Source: an uncultured Acidobacteriota bacterium
Lineage (GTDB): Bacteria > Acidobacteriota > Thermoanaerobaculia > Thermoanaerobaculales > Thermoanaerobaculaceae
NCBI GenBank assembly: GCA_963727205.1
Contig: CAVSFQ010000031.1
Span: 12,080-76,079, forward strand
DNA length: 64,000 nt
Direction of reading: 5' to 3'
The notes beneath the pieces were generated by a model. The model saw only the letters and a list, made by a program, of their open reading frames with translations, was not told the origin of the DNA and did not search any database. The position numbers and the translations under genes were made by a program. Position 1 is the stretch's first letter; every line of letters starts with the position of its first letter. Positions 63,265 to 64,000 of the stretch are shown here, piece after piece.

Positions 63265-64000
63265 CTACGAAAAGCTCACCGCCAGCTCGCGGCCGAGCCT
63301 GTCCATGAGTGCGAAGTGCGCGGTGTTGACCTCGTCCTGCGTGAGCGACCGCTCGGGGTGCCGGTAGGTCAGACGCACGGTGGTCTTGACCTCGTCCGGC
63401 GCGACCCCATCGCCGCGGTAGCGCACGACAGGCGAGACCGACTCCAGCCAACCCGGGCCGGCGGCCGTAACGGCGGCCACCAGCTCGGCGTAGTGCAGTG
63501 AAAGCTTGTGGCGCACGGTGAGGTCCGCCGCGACCGCGGGGAAGCGCGGCAGCGGCTCGAACGCCGGCACGTGCGCGGCGGCCACGGCCGCGAGGTCGAT
63601 CTCGGCGACCCACACGGGCGCCGGCAGGTCGAACGCCGCGGCGGCATCCGCGAAGCGGCCGGCGACCCCGATCACGCGGCCGTCCTGCACGACTTCAGCG
63701 CCCTCGCCGGGAGCGAGGACCGCGGCGGAGGCAGTCCGCCAATTGGTGGCCGCGACGCCCAGCTCCGAGAGGACGGCCTCGACGGCGCCTTTGAGGTCGA
63801 GGAAATCGGCCGCCCGCACCGCATCCCAAGCGCCGACGTTGCCGGCCAGGGCGAGCGCCAGGCGCTCCTCCTCGGCGACGGCACCGTCACGGTCGAAGAA
63901 CACGCGGCCCACCTCGCCGAGCAGCACGCTCTCGGCGCCGCGGCGGAGGTTCCCGCCGGCGGCCTCGGCCAAGCCGGCGAGAAGCGAGCGCCGCATCACG
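63265..64000 (-). CDS. pheT: Phenylalanine--tRNA ligase beta subunit, C-terminal part (gene continues beyond the window)
   Basis: B3/4-to-FDX-ACB region: LPRFPAVAADLTVRH ... VSPVVRYRGDGVAPDEVKTTVRLTYRHPERSLTQDEVN. Confidence 0.85.
   Translation of the reverse strand, partial: VMRRSLLAGLAEAAGGNLRRGAESVLLGEVGRVFFDRDGAVAEEERLALALAGNVGAWDAVRAADFLDLKGAVEAVLSELGVAATNWRTASAAVLAPGEGAEVVQDGRVIGVAGRFADAAAAFDLPAPVWVAEIDLAAVAAAHVPAFEPLPRFPAVAADLTVRHKLSLHYAELVAAVTAAGPGWLESVSPVVRYRGDGVAPDEVKTTVRLTYRHPERSLTQDEVNTAHFALMDRLGRELAVSFS

Overview
Very GC-rich (by eye about two-thirds to 70% G+C, not computed), densely coding 64-kb window from a diderm bacterium. The lineage cannot be assigned from sequence alone; an Acidobacteriota-like or deltaproteobacterium-like anaerobe is only a guess. 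Most long ORFs in the six-frame track are high-GC artefacts antisense to real genes; I call about 60 genes.

Gene content, left to right:
- CorA-family gene flanked by inverted repeats.
- A minus-strand housekeeping block with E. coli-like synteny: msbA, lpxB, vanZ-like, membrane proteins, HIT, ihfB-like, rpsA, cmk.
- DMT transporter, porin and aldehyde dehydrogenase.
- A RelBE toxin-antitoxin pair.
- A six-gene heat-shock operon chained by overlapping stop/start codons: hrcA-grpE-dnaK-dnaJ-prmA-rsmE.
- An MglA-like GTPase with a long C-terminal extension, coupled to an MltD-like lytic transglycosylase.
- A non-canonical Nramp transporter paired with a soluble PRC/MgtE_N/CBS protein.
- A mirror-image signalling module: two paralogous SDR-plus-helical-domain fusion proteins, one co-transcribed with a response regulator and the other with a histidine kinase.
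- A Hyb-type periplasmic [NiFe] hydrogenase operon (hybOABCD order), divergent from rubrerythrin.
- hydG-hydF-hydE maturases, a 650-bp non-coding spacer, and a hydC-hydB-hydA [FeFe] hydrogenase.
- A polysaccharide-biosynthesis cluster (GT2, AsnB-like x2, ExoD, flippase, priming sugar transferase, DegT) interrupted by groES-groEL, which carries a clear promoter plus CIRCE operator.
- A zapB-like gene and the 3' end of pheT.

No rRNA, tRNA, CRISPR array or transposase could be supported. Several dispersed intergenic repeat families are present: composite hairpin repeats, CCACGNN heptad tracts, and MITE-like elements with terminal inverted repeats.

The most unusual items are the SDR-sensor/two-component mirror module, the Nramp lacking the canonical Asn/Met metal ligands, the extended MglA, and a TSCSPGW variant of the [FeFe]-hydrogenase L1 motif.

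All family assignments come from motif recognition by eye; no database search was run.
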